Shown here piece by piece: positions 25,055 to 39,930 of a stretch of 64,000 nucleotides of DNA (position 1 is the stretch's first letter; each line of letters begins with the position of its first letter). Under the pieces are notes generated by a model. It was not told the origin of the DNA. It saw only the letters and a list, made by a program, of their open reading frames with translations, and ran no database searches. The translations under genes and the position numbers were made by a program. The stretch lies in assembly GCA_016748015.1 (NCBI GenBank), contig JAAOMT010000602.1, positions 881,696-945,695 on the forward strand, read 5' to 3'. Source of the DNA: Geosiphon pyriformis uo1. Taxonomy: Eukaryota > Fungi > Glomeromycota.

Positions 25055-28000
25055 ATAAAAATTTCTTTTTTTTCTATGTCTAAAATTTATCATAAAAAAT
25101 ACATTTATTGAATAAAAGTTTTTTTAATTATTTAGTACAATAAATTTAAACCATTTTTGCTCAATTACAAAACCACTATTGGCCTTAGTATTGCTGTTAT
25201 AAAAAAGTTTATTAAAGAATCTAACTTTAATTTTAACAATAAATCTATTTTATTAAGAAAAAAAAAGAAAAAAAGTGTTTTAAAAAATGGTATTAATGGC
25301 AAGAAAACTTCTACTAAAGAAGTAAGTAGTTGTTTTTGAGATTTAAAAACTGGTAACACTACTGAGTCTGATAGTGTTAACATAAAAAAAGAGTGTTTGA
25401 TTAAAGAAACCAGTATTAAATATAATAAAAAAGATGCTTTTGATAAAAAAAATTCTAATTAAACATTGAAAAATTTGTGAATAAAGACCAAGAAGGCTTT
25501 AGAAAAACCATTGGAAAAAATCAATTTTTTGAATAACACTAATAATAACATTTTATTGAAAGCTTCACTAATTTTGTTTTCTTTTTTGAAAAATCTAATT
25601 AATAATTTTGTTTAAAAATATTTTGTTTTGGATATTAGTCTAAATAAAATAATTAGGAAGTTTTCTTAAGAAAAACTCATAGTAATTAAAAAGTTGTTTT
25701 CAAAAATCAATGGTTTTGAAAAAGCATCAATTCCCTTAAAATTTGCTAAAATTATTAGAGTGATATTTATTTCTAAACCCAGTTTGGCACAAACTTCTAA
25801 AAAGGCTAAGAGTATAGAAATTTTGATAAATACTGATTTTAAAAAATCTGCTGAACAATCAAATCAGACTGTGATAATCAAAAAAATTTCTATTAAGACA
25901 TTAACTAAGACTGTACATGCTGTACTATCTGAATTTAAATTAATTAAGTTAATTAAGATACAATTAGTAGGAATATAACAGAAAGCTGTGATGAAATTTG
26001 AACATTCTAATTATGCTAATTTAGTTATAACTAAATAGTTTATTCTAATTAAAAAAAATGTTGTATAAGTTGTTAGAATTAATTTGGATAAGGAATCATA
26101 AAATACAAGAGATTATTATAGAATGCTGCTTTATATACTGCTAATAGGAATGAAGTTTCATGATATTTAAAACTTTGTTAAATTTGTAAATAAGAAAATA
26201 TGTATAATAAATTATTATCTAATTATATATATTCAAACTAAATATATAGTCATTTGTTTTAATTCTGTTGAGTTTCTAAATACTATAATAAAAACTACAC
26301 TAATGCTAAAGAATATTAATTTATGCTGGTTTTATTTAAATTATACCAAATATGTAAAGTATAAAAATTTAAGACACATATTATTGGGCTGTATTATAAG
26401 TAAAAAAGTTTCTTTTGGTAGCTTATATTATAAAGTTTTGTCAAATACAGATAAAAACAAACTAGTTACCATATATGTCAAGCATTTAATATTTGTTGTT
26501 TACTCTGTATTTTTTGGTAGCATTTTTTGGACTAAGATTGTTAATAAATCTTTATTTTTTTTTTCTGTATAGAATAATACAGCAAATTTTGGCTTTTCTT
26601 TAGAGATAAAGCCTATTTTGTTCATATTAGATAATTTAAATATTAAATTTGTCACTCTTAAATACAGTTTTACTAGCTTTGTAGAGCAGATTGATAAGCT
26701 GATTAAGAGATTAGATGTACTTGAACCAATAATTTCTTAGCTTAACTCTGAATGTCAGTTATTAATAACTTTTTTATCACAGAGTTAAAAAATAGACATA
26801 ATAATAAGTAAGAGTTTGAGTATAGTTACTAGTAGTAGAACTGTTATAGGAGTGATTTCTTTGGACATGACAGTAGTTTCTAAATTAAAAATTAGTATAC
26901 AAAGTCTCTTAAATACAATTCTAAGCCTCTTAGCCAAAGTAAATAATTTTAGTATAAATTTGGGTTTTTGTTTATCTTAATAATCAGTCTCATTTAGAGA
27001 ATTGTTATGTGTAATGTCAAGAATATAAACAATCTTATTAAACAAAAAGATATTATCTAATAGCATAAAAATAAAGGCAATTCTGTATTAATTGTTATGG
27101 AAATGAAATTAAAAAGCAAGGTTTGTTCTTGAATCATAAACAAATTTGATAAAATTTGGATGTTTACTTTAAGCATCAACACTAATTACATGGGTTTTGG
27201 TGTGACTATAATAGTCAATAATAATATTTTTAAGCATATATACAAAGTTTTAGAAATGACTGGCCAGTTTTTATTAATACAACTGCTTTTTAAAAATTGT
27301 TTTTCAGTCTTAATATTGAATTTATATGCTAGATACAACTTTGAAAAAGAGGCTGGTCCAATTCTATGAGATTAATTTAATGATAGCTAATGTTCTTAAT
27401 ACTAACACATTTATGATTTTAGAAAACAACTTTAATAAAAACAATTCTGATTACAGTGCTAATTTTTGTTTGATTTTTTTAATGGCTTTTCTTTACACCA
27501 ACTTTCTATGTAATCTAATTTTAAAAAAATTGAAAAATATATAGACTTTGTTTTAGTTAATAATAGTTTTTATAATTTATGTTTTAATTAACAAGTTTAC
27601 TGTTCAGATAAGTTTTTGATATTAATTACTTGGTTGTTTTAATAAATATTGGCTTGAAAAATCTGCTTAACTTTCAGCTTAATTTTGTGCAAAAAATAGC
27701 TGCCAAAGAAAACTAAAAATTTAAAGTCAATAATGTCAATAAAAGAATCTAAAAAAAGTTTGAAAACATATTATCAGCTGTTATTTTGACTATTACTAAT
27801 GGCTTTGACAAGTGCAAAAAGAGACTTGATCTTAATAAAATGTAATACTTACTTCATTAGGTGGTTTGTTCTGCCATTAAAACTATACTTTTAAAAACAT
27901 AATACCAAAATGATAGAACAGTCAAATGTGTTGCTTTTTCTAAATCTTATAAGCTTAAATTATTAATATCAAGAATCTTAAAAGCATACAAATTAGAAAA

Positions 28001-28333
28001 TCCAAAGACATTTCAAATATTGCTTGACAAATAAATTTGTTTGAATTCTGTTTGAACAACAAAATTTAGAGATTTTTTTAATGTTGATAGTAGCAAAGTT
28101 TTAATTAAACAATTGTTAATTCATTTTAGAAAAGCTTATAGGTTTCATAAAATATTAAAAGTTAAAACCACTAAAGATTTTTGTATTAAGACTGCTATTG
28201 TCAAACATATAGAAGTTTTTGCTAATAATAAAGATTAAATAATAAGTAGTGTATTAGAAAAGTCTTTTAAAATAATTATGTTGAACTATTTGGTAAACAA
28301 TAATAAATTAATTCTGAAGCCCAATACAGTCAT
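25055..28333 (+). mobile_element. Degenerate LINE (LINE3): 5'UTR, ORF1, APE part of ORF2; interrupted by B2, remainder beyond window
   Basis: FSKINGFE..S.P.KF..IIR ORF1 motif (25694); ORF2 start ~26980; GFGVTII, NFN APE motifs; ends at NNKLILKP, as in LINE2 near 10790. Confidence 0.85.
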
Positions 28334-29308
28334 TGTTACCAGTAAAATTTTAGCTATTAATTAGCATAAAATTACTCTCATAATTTCTATTTATAATTAG
28401 CATATATTATTATTATTTCGATTATTACTTATTAATTAATCAAATTATCAAATATCATTACTCAATCAATAATCCGATTTGTACTATAAAAATTAAGATG
28501 ATCAAATTACACAATACTCTGAACCATTTAATATAGTCAAAATTCGCCGAAATTAATGAAAATTGGCCGAAATAATCAATAGTTCAGTGAAATAACTTAT
28601 AGTTCACTAAAATATATCTTTAGTTCACCAAAATTAAAGCAAAGAGAAAAGTGCAAGTTCAAAGACTAGTATTATAACAAGTTGTATAAAAGAAGAGCTT
28701 CTCTCTTCAAAAAAATATATTTTCTCATAGTATCTTACCATAATATCTTACTTTAGATATCTTAATTGAAACAAATCACTTTTTACACATCTCAAATAAA
28801 AATTAAATATTCGAAAACCAAATTCTTTAAATTGTTACACTTGAAATTTTTTCAACACAACTAACATTTTGAAATTAATTAGCTACCAGTTTCAGTAATC
28901 TGTTAATGACTCCAGATCTGGATAGAAAACGTTTCCCTTGATAAAATTTTATTTCTTTTACATTTCTTTTATTTTTCTTTTCTTTTCTTATTACAATCAT
29001 TAAGGTAGTTTACAAATAAAATTCCTGTAGAAGAGTTAACTTTTATAGCAATGTAACTACATATTTTTTAGTAAGCTTCCAGACAAGCATTTCCTGAGAA
29101 AAAGTTGATGTTTACTACAATATAACTATACAAAATAACTGGTATAGAATTGGCCATTCCATTTATAAGCCCAGCAGTTCAAATTATAGGAGATAATTTG
29201 AAAATAAATTCAGTTATTGGAGGTTCAATTGCTTCCAAAAAATGTGAAATTAGCAACAGACAAACTGTAACAACATTCAAAAAAAGAAGGCAAAAACTTC
29301 TGGTAACA
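28334..29308 (+). repeat. B2 5' LTR
   Basis: TGTTAC...GTAACA followed by TTTGGTGCTC; matches 37169-37263 + 63230-64000. Confidence 0.95.
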
Positions 29309-29353
29309 TTTGGTGCTCTTTTACAAAAATAACACAGCAATAACAACTTCAAA

Positions 29354-32300
29354 GTGGCAACCACACTAGATACATCAACACTAAAGTATTACCAGTCAAT
29401 TTACACCCATTGCAAGCAAAGATTCAACATTCCAGACGGAATTGAAATTGTTAAGAGAACACTTTACTAGTATATTGAAAACTGCATCAACAATTATCTT
29501 CTTGGAAATTACAACATTTCAGAAGTTAGAAATAACTTTTACAATAATTTAGTGCACTATTTACAATTGGGAACTAAAGACCTTAATAGTAAAACACTTG
29601 GCACCTACTTCTAAAAACTTAATTTCAACATTATCTAGTATTGTGAAGAAAAATATTCAGTACAGTCTAAATACTCTATTAACTTTAAATCAGAAGCAAA
29701 AACAAGCAACAAAGACAAACAAAAACTAAAACAACACTCAAACACCACCCTAAACACTCCAAAGACACCAAAAATAACTGCCAAACACTTGCAAACTTCA
29801 GAACAAGGAACCAGCACCAGACTTCCATTCTCAGTCACATCATTTCCAATTTTATTTGCTCAACCACAAACACCAAATTTACCACTTATCTATTTCTCAA
29901 GACCAGAAGATTTTTAGTTACTTAAAAGTCCTACTTAACAGCAAAAACCAATATCAACCAGCACCAATATTATTGATTACTTACAAGAAAATGAAAGTAA
30001 TCATTCAGAGAACTTGAAAAGTGAAGAAACTATAGAAAATGAAAAAAAAATGGCAACTGCTTATATTGCAAAGATCTTAAAATTTACTGGTGAAGATAAC
30101 AATACTAGTCCTTAAGAATGGCTTGACAAAGTCCAAAAAGCAAGAAATGCAAATGGATGGAATGCAGCAAGAATGCTCAAAACAATTCCATACTTTTTTT
30201 AAGAAACAGCAGGAGAATGGTTTGAAAACTTAAAAGAACCCTTTGGAAACTGGCAAGCATTCAAAAATGCTTTCCTGCAACAATTTATTGACAACAACAC
30301 CTCCATCACTCTCCGAAATCATTTTTACAATATTAAACAAAAAACATCTGAAACTGTTATGATTTATCTTAGGAGATTCAACAAACTTCTTTGATAAATT
30401 TGATAATTAAAAACTAATAAATACTATTTCAATGTCCAGATTTTGGATCAGTTATAGCAGAATTAAAAGACAAGTTGATCAAAAAAGTTCACTCACATGT
30501 TCCAGAAGATTTAGCAACTGCCATTAAACATGCAAACAACTATGAAATGGCAATAGAGAAAGCAAACCATACCAAACTTGTAAATCTTGCTATTGAGAAA
30601 CCAGTTCAGCAGCTGAAAAAAAAATTAACCAATTTACAAAGAAGATTGAAAACTATTTCACCAACCAACAACAACAACAACAAACACAAAAATATTAACC
30701 ACCACAACAACAAAACCAAAACAATTGCCCATTATTATCCAACAGTCAAAACCAAAGTTGTCACTATTGTGGAATTCCAAGACATTAGAAATAAGACTGT
30801 AGAAAACTACAAAAAGACCAACAAAACAAGAGTAATTAATGTTACTTTTCAACACAGCAATCTCATTATCAGTCTTTACCACCAGTTTACTATTCCCCAA
30901 GACCTTAATAACAAAACAATTATTATCAGTCTGCTCCATAGCAGCAATATCAACAACCTATATCAATCCAACAGTATCAACAACCACCTACACAACAATA
31001 TCAAGTACCAGCCCAAAAATTGATTCAACACAACTAATTCACATTATAAAACCGTTTTTTAACAAACAACAATAAGATCAACTTAAACAATCAGTTGGTT
31101 TTCCGAAATTTTGGCCAGCAAAGACCCAATTACTACCACACTCAACCCAGCTATTTTACAATGCCTGAAAAATCGGATTTTCAACAAACTGCACTTTCTA
31201 AAGGTAAAATTACAGCACCAAAATCAAATCCTTCTAACCATACTATTTTACCAGCCCAAATTGCCCAAAATGCCAATCTTTTAGATATATTCCCATTCGA
31301 ATTTGAAGCCAATAAATCACCATTCTTGCTTAGCAATACAGCAGTTAATGAACAAAAAGCAATTACTGCTATGTATACTAAAGCTGAAGTAAAAGGAAAA
31401 CAAATCTGCTTGATTCTAGACAGTAGATCTATTGGAAGCATTATTATCTATCAATTAATACAACAGCTTGGAAAAAATGTTGACAAACCAGCTCAAACAG
31501 TAATTGTTACAGTTGATGGCATGAAGAAAACACCAGTGGAAAAAATTGACAACTTCTCTTTTATAGTTAATAAAATCATCATTCCAGTTAAAGTTTTAGT
31601 CATGGATGCACCCCAATACCAAGCTCTTGTTAGAAATAATTGGTTTCTCAAGGCCAATGTAAATTTAGATTAAGAAATCCAGAAATTGAAGATTTCATAC
31701 CAAAGACAATACACTAAAATACCTGTCATCTGTGGTACTTTTAATAAAAAATCTGAAAAAGCCCCAGTATTTAAATTTGAAGAGAAGAAAGAACTACCAA
31801 TCATTAAAACCTTTATGGCTCTTGGATTATTATCTAATTGGGCTGAAGAAACAGGACAAAAAATCTTTGAGAAGACCAGAGGATGAAATGTAGTTAGATA
31901 TTCCACACCAGAACCATAGAAACAACTATTTTACATTCCACTCAAATACAAAGATTGCAACAAGAAACTTTCATTAATGAGAGCATGTATTTCTTTAGAA
32001 AAGGAATATGAAACTTGCATCTGCTACTTTTACAAAGCATGCTATTGAAAACAATTTGAATATCCCAAAAGAAGTAGAAAATAGGATAACACTCTTTGTC
32101 TCATATGTGGAGATATGCTACCAGAAGAATACAACTGAATTGATGTTGCAATAAAAGGAGGAGTATGTGATCAAATCTGCCAATATGCTTTATTAATTTT
32201 GGAAAAAGTCAGAAGAGAAACACCTTTTAATGCAGCATACAACAGTGCTCTCAACAAACTTTACTACTATTCTCATAATGCTAAAATAATCTTTAATTTA

Positions 32301-34931
32301 GCAATGGCTTTAATTAATAGAGCCACACAAAAAAATGTCTGCCAAATAAAAAAAGCTGAATATATTAAGTACACAATAGAATTAGCTGGATTAACTATGA
32401 AGATGAAGTAGAAACATACCACCAAATTGCAAATTACACTTATCCAACCCAAAAAGCTCAAATTCAATAATTAGAACAAATGAACATTCAATTGTGTGAA
32501 AAATACATCATGCCTTGTAATGACAAATAGTGTCTAGAATATTATGCCCTTAATATTTCCTTGTCCAGTAAAGATAACCAGAAGAAAATTGAGTTTGGAG
32601 AATCTGAAACAGAAGAAGAAATTACAACAACCCTAATTTATTTTACTGAAAACCAGTCTGCTATACAACTCAAATACTTTGACAACAATAGAAAAGAAAT
32701 AAAACCAGAAAAAGCTCACAAAATGGATGCAGGATATGACTTAAAATATCCTGACAAAAACACTTTGGTTCTTTAACCAAAATTTTTAACCAAAATCAAT
32801 CTCAGAATTGCTTTTAAAATACTACCAGGAGCAATAATACAAATTGCTTCCCAATTATTATTGGCAAGCAAAAGAATTAAGAAGTCATAGATACAAGATA
32901 TATTGGAGACATTACCATCATGTTACAGAATAAAACAGACAAACCATTTAAGATTGAACATGCTTAAAAGATTGCCCAAGCAATTTATCTACTTTTAATC
33001 AACATTTCAGGTTTACAATTAGTTAACAACAGAGAACAATTTGGAAAAAGTGAAAAAAAAACTCAAGGTTTTGGTTCAACTGGACAATTTACAGTTCCAA
33101 TAAACATAGCTCTCAATATACAGAATGAATCTCACCAGATTCTTCAACTTTTTCAACCAATTACTATTTCACCTTTTGAAGAACATCACGAAATTTACAC
33201 TTGCTTAAAACTCACTACTACTCAACAAATCTTTGAATCCAATAAACAAATCTGTTTAAAGCATAAAATCTCAATCCCAAACATTTATATTCCCAAAGGA
33301 ATGAAAAAATTTTGAGTTACATTCTACAATCCCAATAATTATTCTATTATTCTATTAAATAAATTAGAGATTGGAATCATATACAACAACATCTTCTAAG
33401 ATAAAAACCCTCAAATTGTTTTTAATTTAATTGAAATTATAAGGCATACTCTACTTCCCAATCCAAACATCATCTCTACTACTGAAAGCTATCATCTTTG
33501 GAAGAAAAACTCTCTCAAATTAACATAGGTCTCTTAAAACCCCAACAACAAAAACAATTAAAACAGTTAATAGCTGAATTTGCAGATATATTTGCAAAAA
33601 ACAACAATGATCTTGGAAAAACTGATATTGTCCAACATCAGATCTACACAAGAGATGCTTTACTAAAACAACAACAAGCTTATCAAGTTCCATCTGCCAA
33701 CCACCAATTTATCAGAGAAAAGATCCAAAGAATGCTTAATAACAGATTAATTCAACTATTAAAAAGTCTTTGGGTCTTACTAGTAGTTCTTGTTAAAAAA
33801 AAAAACGAAAAAATCAGATTCTGTGTAGATTATTGTCAGCTCAATAGTGTGACAATTGGAGATGTTTACTTTCTTCCAAGAATTGATAACATGCTAGATG
33901 TTTTAGGAAAAGCCAAGTTTTTTTTAACTTTAGACTTGAAAAGTGGATACTGGCAAGTTGAAATGGATCCAAAAGATCGACCCAAAACAGCATTTACCAC
34001 CCAGAGAAGAAACTATGAGTTCAATGTTATAACTTTTGGACTTTGCAATATACCAGCAACATTTCAACAACTTATAGATATTGTATATGAAAGACTTTTA
34101 TGGCAATCAGTAGTTGTTTATCTTGATAACACTGATGTATATTCATCAAGCTTTGAAGCCCATCTTATCTACTTGCGAAAAGTTTTTCAACAATTACAGA
34201 AAGCAGAATTGAAATTAAACATTGAGAAGTGTTACTTTGGAAAAACAAGTTTAATCTTTCTTGGACACATTATTAGCAAAGATAGAGTCAAACCAAATCC
34301 TGAAACAATCAGTGCTGTCAAAAACTTTCAAACTTTCAAAAATACCACAGAATTATGAGAATTTATAGGATGAGTTTCTTACTATTAAAAATTCATCAAA
34401 GGATTCTCAGAGATTGCTAAACCATTCAATTATCTTACCAACAAAAATGTGCCATACCAATGGATTAAAAAACAACAAAAAGCCTTTGAAACCTTCAAGA
34501 TAAAATTGATAAGAGTACTAGTTCTTGCTTATTCAGACTTCAACAAACAGTTCCAATTAGCCACTGATGCCTTACACATAGCATTTGGTACCATCTTATT
34601 ACAATTAGATGAAAATAGCCAAGAATAAGTCATTGCCTATGCCAGTAGAACATTCACACTAACAAAACTTAAATATAGCTCAACTGAATTAGAAGCTGCT
34701 GCAGTTATTTGGGCTCTTAAACACTTTTAACAATACCTGAAGAATGAAAAAAAATTTGACATTATAACTGACAATATTGGCTTCAAATGGCTTAATAAAA
34801 AGAAAACTGAACAAAGTGCCAAACAATCTCAATGAAATAACTTTCTAACAGACTACAAGTATATTATACATCACAAACCAAGAAGACTATACACCAATAT
34901 TGATAGCCTGTCAAGAATGAGACAAGATTAA
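29354..34931 (+). pseudogene. B2 Gag-PR-Cys-rich-dUTPase-RT-RNaseH (decayed)
   Basis: ORFs 31095 (LILDS), 32561 (MDAGYDL), 33498-34358 (RT core); ends RMRQD*. Confidence 0.92.
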
Positions 34932-34986
34932 CACTAACAGCAACTTCACCACAACTACCAATCTATTAATAAATAACCAAACAACA

Positions 34987-36320
34987 ATGAATCTCAGAAA
35001 TTACAACAACATTAAAAACTATTTAAAAACTTTTACCATGCCAGAAAATTGGTCTCCAAGTAAAAAACATCGATTACAACACCAATTAAAACAATATTCT
35101 ATACACCATAACAAAATCTATTATAAAAATTACAGAAATCCAAACCAATTACTCAGATTAATACAAGAAAATAAAAAAGAAACAATTCTATATAACATGT
35201 ATACAGATTCTTCTTCAGCACACTTGGAAAGAGATGAAACAATTCAACTCTTGAACATTATTTTTGGCCTTACATGCAAAAAAACATTTGACAATATGTA
35301 GAATCTTGTAATAGTTGTCAAAAAAAAGAAGGAACTTGTCCAACAGAATCTTTAAATCCAATCAAAGTTAAACAATTTTTTGACAGAGTTGGAATTAATT
35401 TAATCGGATTATTATCTATTACAACTCAAGGAAATTGTTATATTGCAGTTGCAATAGATTATCTCACCAAATTGAAGCTAGAGCCATTTAAAGAGCAGAT
35501 GCAAAATCAGTAACAAATTTCATCTATAAAGACATTATTTGTAGACATGGATGCCTAATTGAACTTTTATCTGATCAAAGAACACATTTTGTGAACAATT
35601 TGATACAAGAAATTTGTGAATGATTCAATGTCAAAAGACCTTTATCATTATCTTATCATCTTCAAACAAATAGACTTGTAGAACATTCCAACAGAACATT
35701 GTGTGAATCTTTAGCTAAAGTCTTAACAGATTTTAAGCAGAAATGAGATATCTTTATTTCATCAGTATTACTAGCATACAGAACACTAAAACAAGATACT
35801 ACAAAACACATACCATTTGATCTTACTTATGGAAAGACAGCAACATTACCAATTAATTTCACAGTAAAAACATATTCAGTACAACTAATCAATAAAGAAA
35901 ACTTTCAAAAAACATTTCAAAAAAGAGTCTATACTCTTCTTAGTACACTAGAAAGAAAAAAACAAATAGTAACAACTCATATTAAACACTTCCAAGCTCA
36001 ACAAAAAAAAAGACATGACAACAAATTACTATTAGTTACTAACAAATTTAAAGTTGGAAATAAAGTTCTTTTACACAGAATTAAGGCTGAAAAACAATAA
36101 AGTAGAAAATTTGAAAACAAATAAGATGGACTATTTTGATGACAAAGTACTAACAAAAGTTGCACATGGAAATAAATTGAAACATTATCACTCCAGAAAC
36201 AATTCTGAACCATTAATTCCACAAATTGGTACCCATTCCTCTTTAATTAATCCTGAAAATATTTTCTGAAATTTAGAACCAATAGTTATAATAGAATAAC
36301 AACCAAACTTGAACACTTAA
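34987..36320 (+). pseudogene. B2 integrase (separate ORF, decayed)
   Basis: MNLRNY.. start; collinear with B1 and B3 integrases. Confidence 0.88.
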
Positions 36321-36483
36321 TTTAACATTTTACAATAATCCCCTTTAAAATACACAAAACATAAAACAAAAATAATAAATAATTACAAGAAACACTCAAA
36401 CCCAAAAACAAATAAAACCCTATATCCAAAAATAATTTTCTTTATTTTTTTTTAAATTTTGTTTATTAGTTAGTTATTTTATT

Positions 36484-37188
36484 ATAATTATTCTTCGAAA
36501 TATTCAACAAATATTCCAAAAATTAATGTTAATCTTAAAAACACTTCCTGACTTATCCATAATGATTAATGGAAGTCAAATTAATTACATTCAGAAAGAG
36601 ACTATAGCTCCAGTAGTAAATAATTCTCAGAATTATTACTCTTATAAAAAAACAAGAAGTTACTCTGGAAATCAATTACCAGAACTTTTGAAACAAGCAC
36701 TAAAAAAAAACTTTTTAATTGCCCCTATTAACATTCTACCAAATGCTACAATCTAACAAAAACTTCTACTATTTCTTAATGAACAGAACAATAATCATAC
36801 CTTTATCTATAGATATTTTCATATTGGAAAAACACTTTATGAACGAAAATTGGAACTTGAAACAACAAACATCACCCCTAAAGCTATATAAAAACAAATT
36901 TACAATAAATTTAAGACAGCAGCTAGACCAACAAACACTTACTACAAACTTAAAGCAGCATTTAGACTCTATAATTTATTCAATACTTGTCAAAACGTCT
37001 TACAAAATCTAATACTTTATCCAATAAAAATACAATATATTTAAAAGCTCACAAAACTGAAATTTCAACAATTTTCAGACCAAATTACTTCAATTATTTT
37101 GGACCACTATCTTGATATCACAGATAGTGCTTGGATTTTGACAGAGCTCAATCTTGAGAAGAAAATTATGTTACCAGTAGAATTTTAA
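36484..37188 (+). pseudogene. B2 extra ORF3 (decayed; ATG>ATA)
   Basis: ORF 36526 MLILKTLPDLSIMINGSQINY matches B3 ORF3. Confidence 0.82.
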
Positions 37189-37263
37189 TTATTAATTAAC
37201 ATGAAATTACTCTTATAATTTCTATTTATAATTAGCATATATTATTATTATTTTAATTATTAC
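37169..37263 (+). repeat. B2 3' LTR, left fragment
   Basis: Matches the start of the B2 5' LTR; follows PPT GAGAAGAAAA. Confidence 0.9.
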
Positions 37264-38102
37264 TGTTACTCATAAAAATATAGAAAACATATCAGCATAG
37301 TTATTAGCCAATCAGAAGTAGACATAGTAAATGTAGAATTTTAGGATTTCTCTTAGAGGAATTGCAGAATTTTAGAAATTGCAGGATTCTCACATGAGGA
37401 ATTACAGGATTTCAGAATTCCAGGATTCTTCTCAATGGAATTACAGGATTCCAGAAATTCAAGAATTCTTGTCGTAAAGAATTGAGGAATTAAGAAATCT
37501 CAATTATGTATATATAGCAGTAGTGTTAAAAGCTGAAAAGACAGACCTCTCCATTTGATTTTATTTAGACAATTTTCCAATTCACAATCATCAAACAAAT
37601 AATTATTCAAATATCTAATTCTACTCTCCATTATTAACATCTCATGTTAATAATAATTGATATTTGACCACACTGGAACAATAGCTCTTGATTATGGCTA
37701 TTGACAAAAACTAATCTGCACATTGCCTTGGCTTATTTTCTTATTTGCTTTATTTCTTTCTTTAATTTTATTGTTGTGTATTAATTAATTAAAAGCACTA
37801 GATTACTGATGTTAAGAATTGCCTAGTAAAAGACTCCTGCGAGTGGGTAGAGCATATAAAGCGAATTACAGATTACTTACCAGAGAATTGCTGGCCATCA
37901 AGCTGAGAGAAAAATTGACAGAATTACGATTCTGGGAAGCTACAGATAAAACAACCATTGAATCTCTGTCTATTATACAAAGAACTCAATCAAAACCTTC
38001 AGATAAACAATATCTTCAGATCACCATCCATGCAAATAGCTTTTGAGCACCAAGTTATGGGTTTGTTATTTGATTTGAGACTCCAAGTAATTATCTATAA
38101 CA
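37264..38102 (+). repeat. A2 5' LTR
   Basis: TGTTAC...TAACA; ~10-bp caggattcca-type tandem units at ~37335-37470; direct repeat of 62387-63225. Confidence 0.95.
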
Positions 38103-38162
38103 TTTGGTGCTCCCTATAAGGTATAATCTTATAGAGAACCAACACCAACAAATAAATCAACA

Positions 38163-39930
38163 GTGGCAGAATCAGAAAATATAGGAGCAAATTATTTAGA
38201 ATTTGCAAAATCTTTATTTTAACACTATTGTCAACACTTGGGATTAATCCCGAATCACATATCAGTAGAATCAGCCTTCAACTTTTATGTCAATAAAAGA
38301 ATTGTCTACTTATTAGGAACAGCAACAAATACTAAATCAGCAAAAGAAACTTTTTACAATGAATTAATCCAAAACAGCAGCTTACCAACAAACTATAATT
38401 TTGCATCCATCATCACTGAGATTAATAAAAAAATTGAACATCACACACAACAGAAATACCCAATCACCTACACAAGTAAAGGCAAAAGAAAACTACAAAT
38501 ACCAGCAGTAACACCTCAACATATCTAACCATTCACTTGGAAGAAACACAGAATTGAATCACCTACAAATCCATCATATCATTATACTCCTAGAAGCACT
38601 ATCAATATTGCAGCAGCAGGTGCATCTACATCAAACATGACATCAACATTTAGATGATTCCAATTTTAAAGTAAACAAAGAAAAGAAGACTTATTAGGAC
38701 CATATGGCACATATTTTGAAGGATTTAAATTATGATTACCAACACCATCAGGATTTCAATCACCACCACCTCAACCAGATTTCGGAATTGTAAGTCCTTG
38801 AGAAGTCACAGAATCAGAAGGAAAACAAGAAGAAGAGGAAGAAGAATTTGAGGATTAGAAATTTACTTACCAAAACCTGATCCCAGAAAACCTGGAATTT
38901 GAAACCCTGAACATTCAAACTCTGAAACATCTAAATCTAGAAAATCTGGAAATTGAAACTCCAAATAGTCAGACACTGCCAACTCAGAATAATCAAAACC
39001 CTGATCTAACTAACCAAACAAACTTACCTCCAGTAATTGTCATCAATCAACCACCAATTAATCTAATAGCCGAATCCATACAACAACTGCTTCAACAGCC
39101 ACCACAACAACCCAACTTAGACCCAATGGCCTATTTACCAATTACAAAACTCAACAATTTTACCAGTGAAGAGGACAATGCTCAAGCATGGCTGAATGAC
39201 ATAGAAAAAGTAATTGCAGCCAACAGATGGAATGACACCCGAGCAATGCAAGCCATTCCCTACTTTCTCAAGGATACTGCCAATTCATGGTATCAGAGCT
39301 TGATTAATAAACCACAAAACTTCAATGCCTTCAAAGTGGAATTTTTAAGATACTTTAGCAACAATAACAGTATCAATCGCCTAGTTAATATATTTACCAC
39401 TATGAAACAAGAAGAAACTAAAGCAGTTATTACTTACTTAGGATGCTTCCATAGAAATCTGCACCAAATCCAAGCAATTGACACCAACTATTTCACAGTG
39501 TCACAGATCCTCAACCAGTTTACCTGTGGCCTGTGCAGCAGTATCTTGCAACATGTATGTCTATTGCATCCAGGCACCCTTTAAGATGCAGTCACATGTG
39601 CCAGAGATTTCGAATCAGCTGAGTCAGAGGCCAACCATGTCCAAGCCATTAATCTAGTAATGAATAGATCATCTGAATTGGATTCCAAATTGGAAAAATT
39701 CAGAGAAACAATTAATCAGAAGATAGAGAAATACTTAGCTGACAATCACCCAATTTATTAGCTTTCTTAATGACATAATAATCAGGGAAATGTGAATTAT
39801 TTCCAAAATCAGTCGCGTCCATCATTGTTAGCAATACCAAATTAGTCATGACAGCAAAAGATGCATGTCTGCTACAACTGTAGTAAGCAAGGCCATATCT
39901 GAGTCAATTGCCATACTTATAGCAACCCAT
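38163..39930 (+). pseudogene. A2 Gag (N-terminal extension, capsid, CCHC knuckle), cut by B3
   Basis: ORF 39126 MAYLPITKL.NF...AWL...W..AIPYFL..A..WY (retrotransposon Gag); CYNCSKQGHI..NC near 39870-39911. Confidence 0.88.

Noticed and set aside
37819-38046. Small ORFs inside LTRs (also 62966-63169 and 29150-29332) as genes
   Set aside because: Non-ATG starts, differing between copies and broken in A1 and B1; no recognisable protein.
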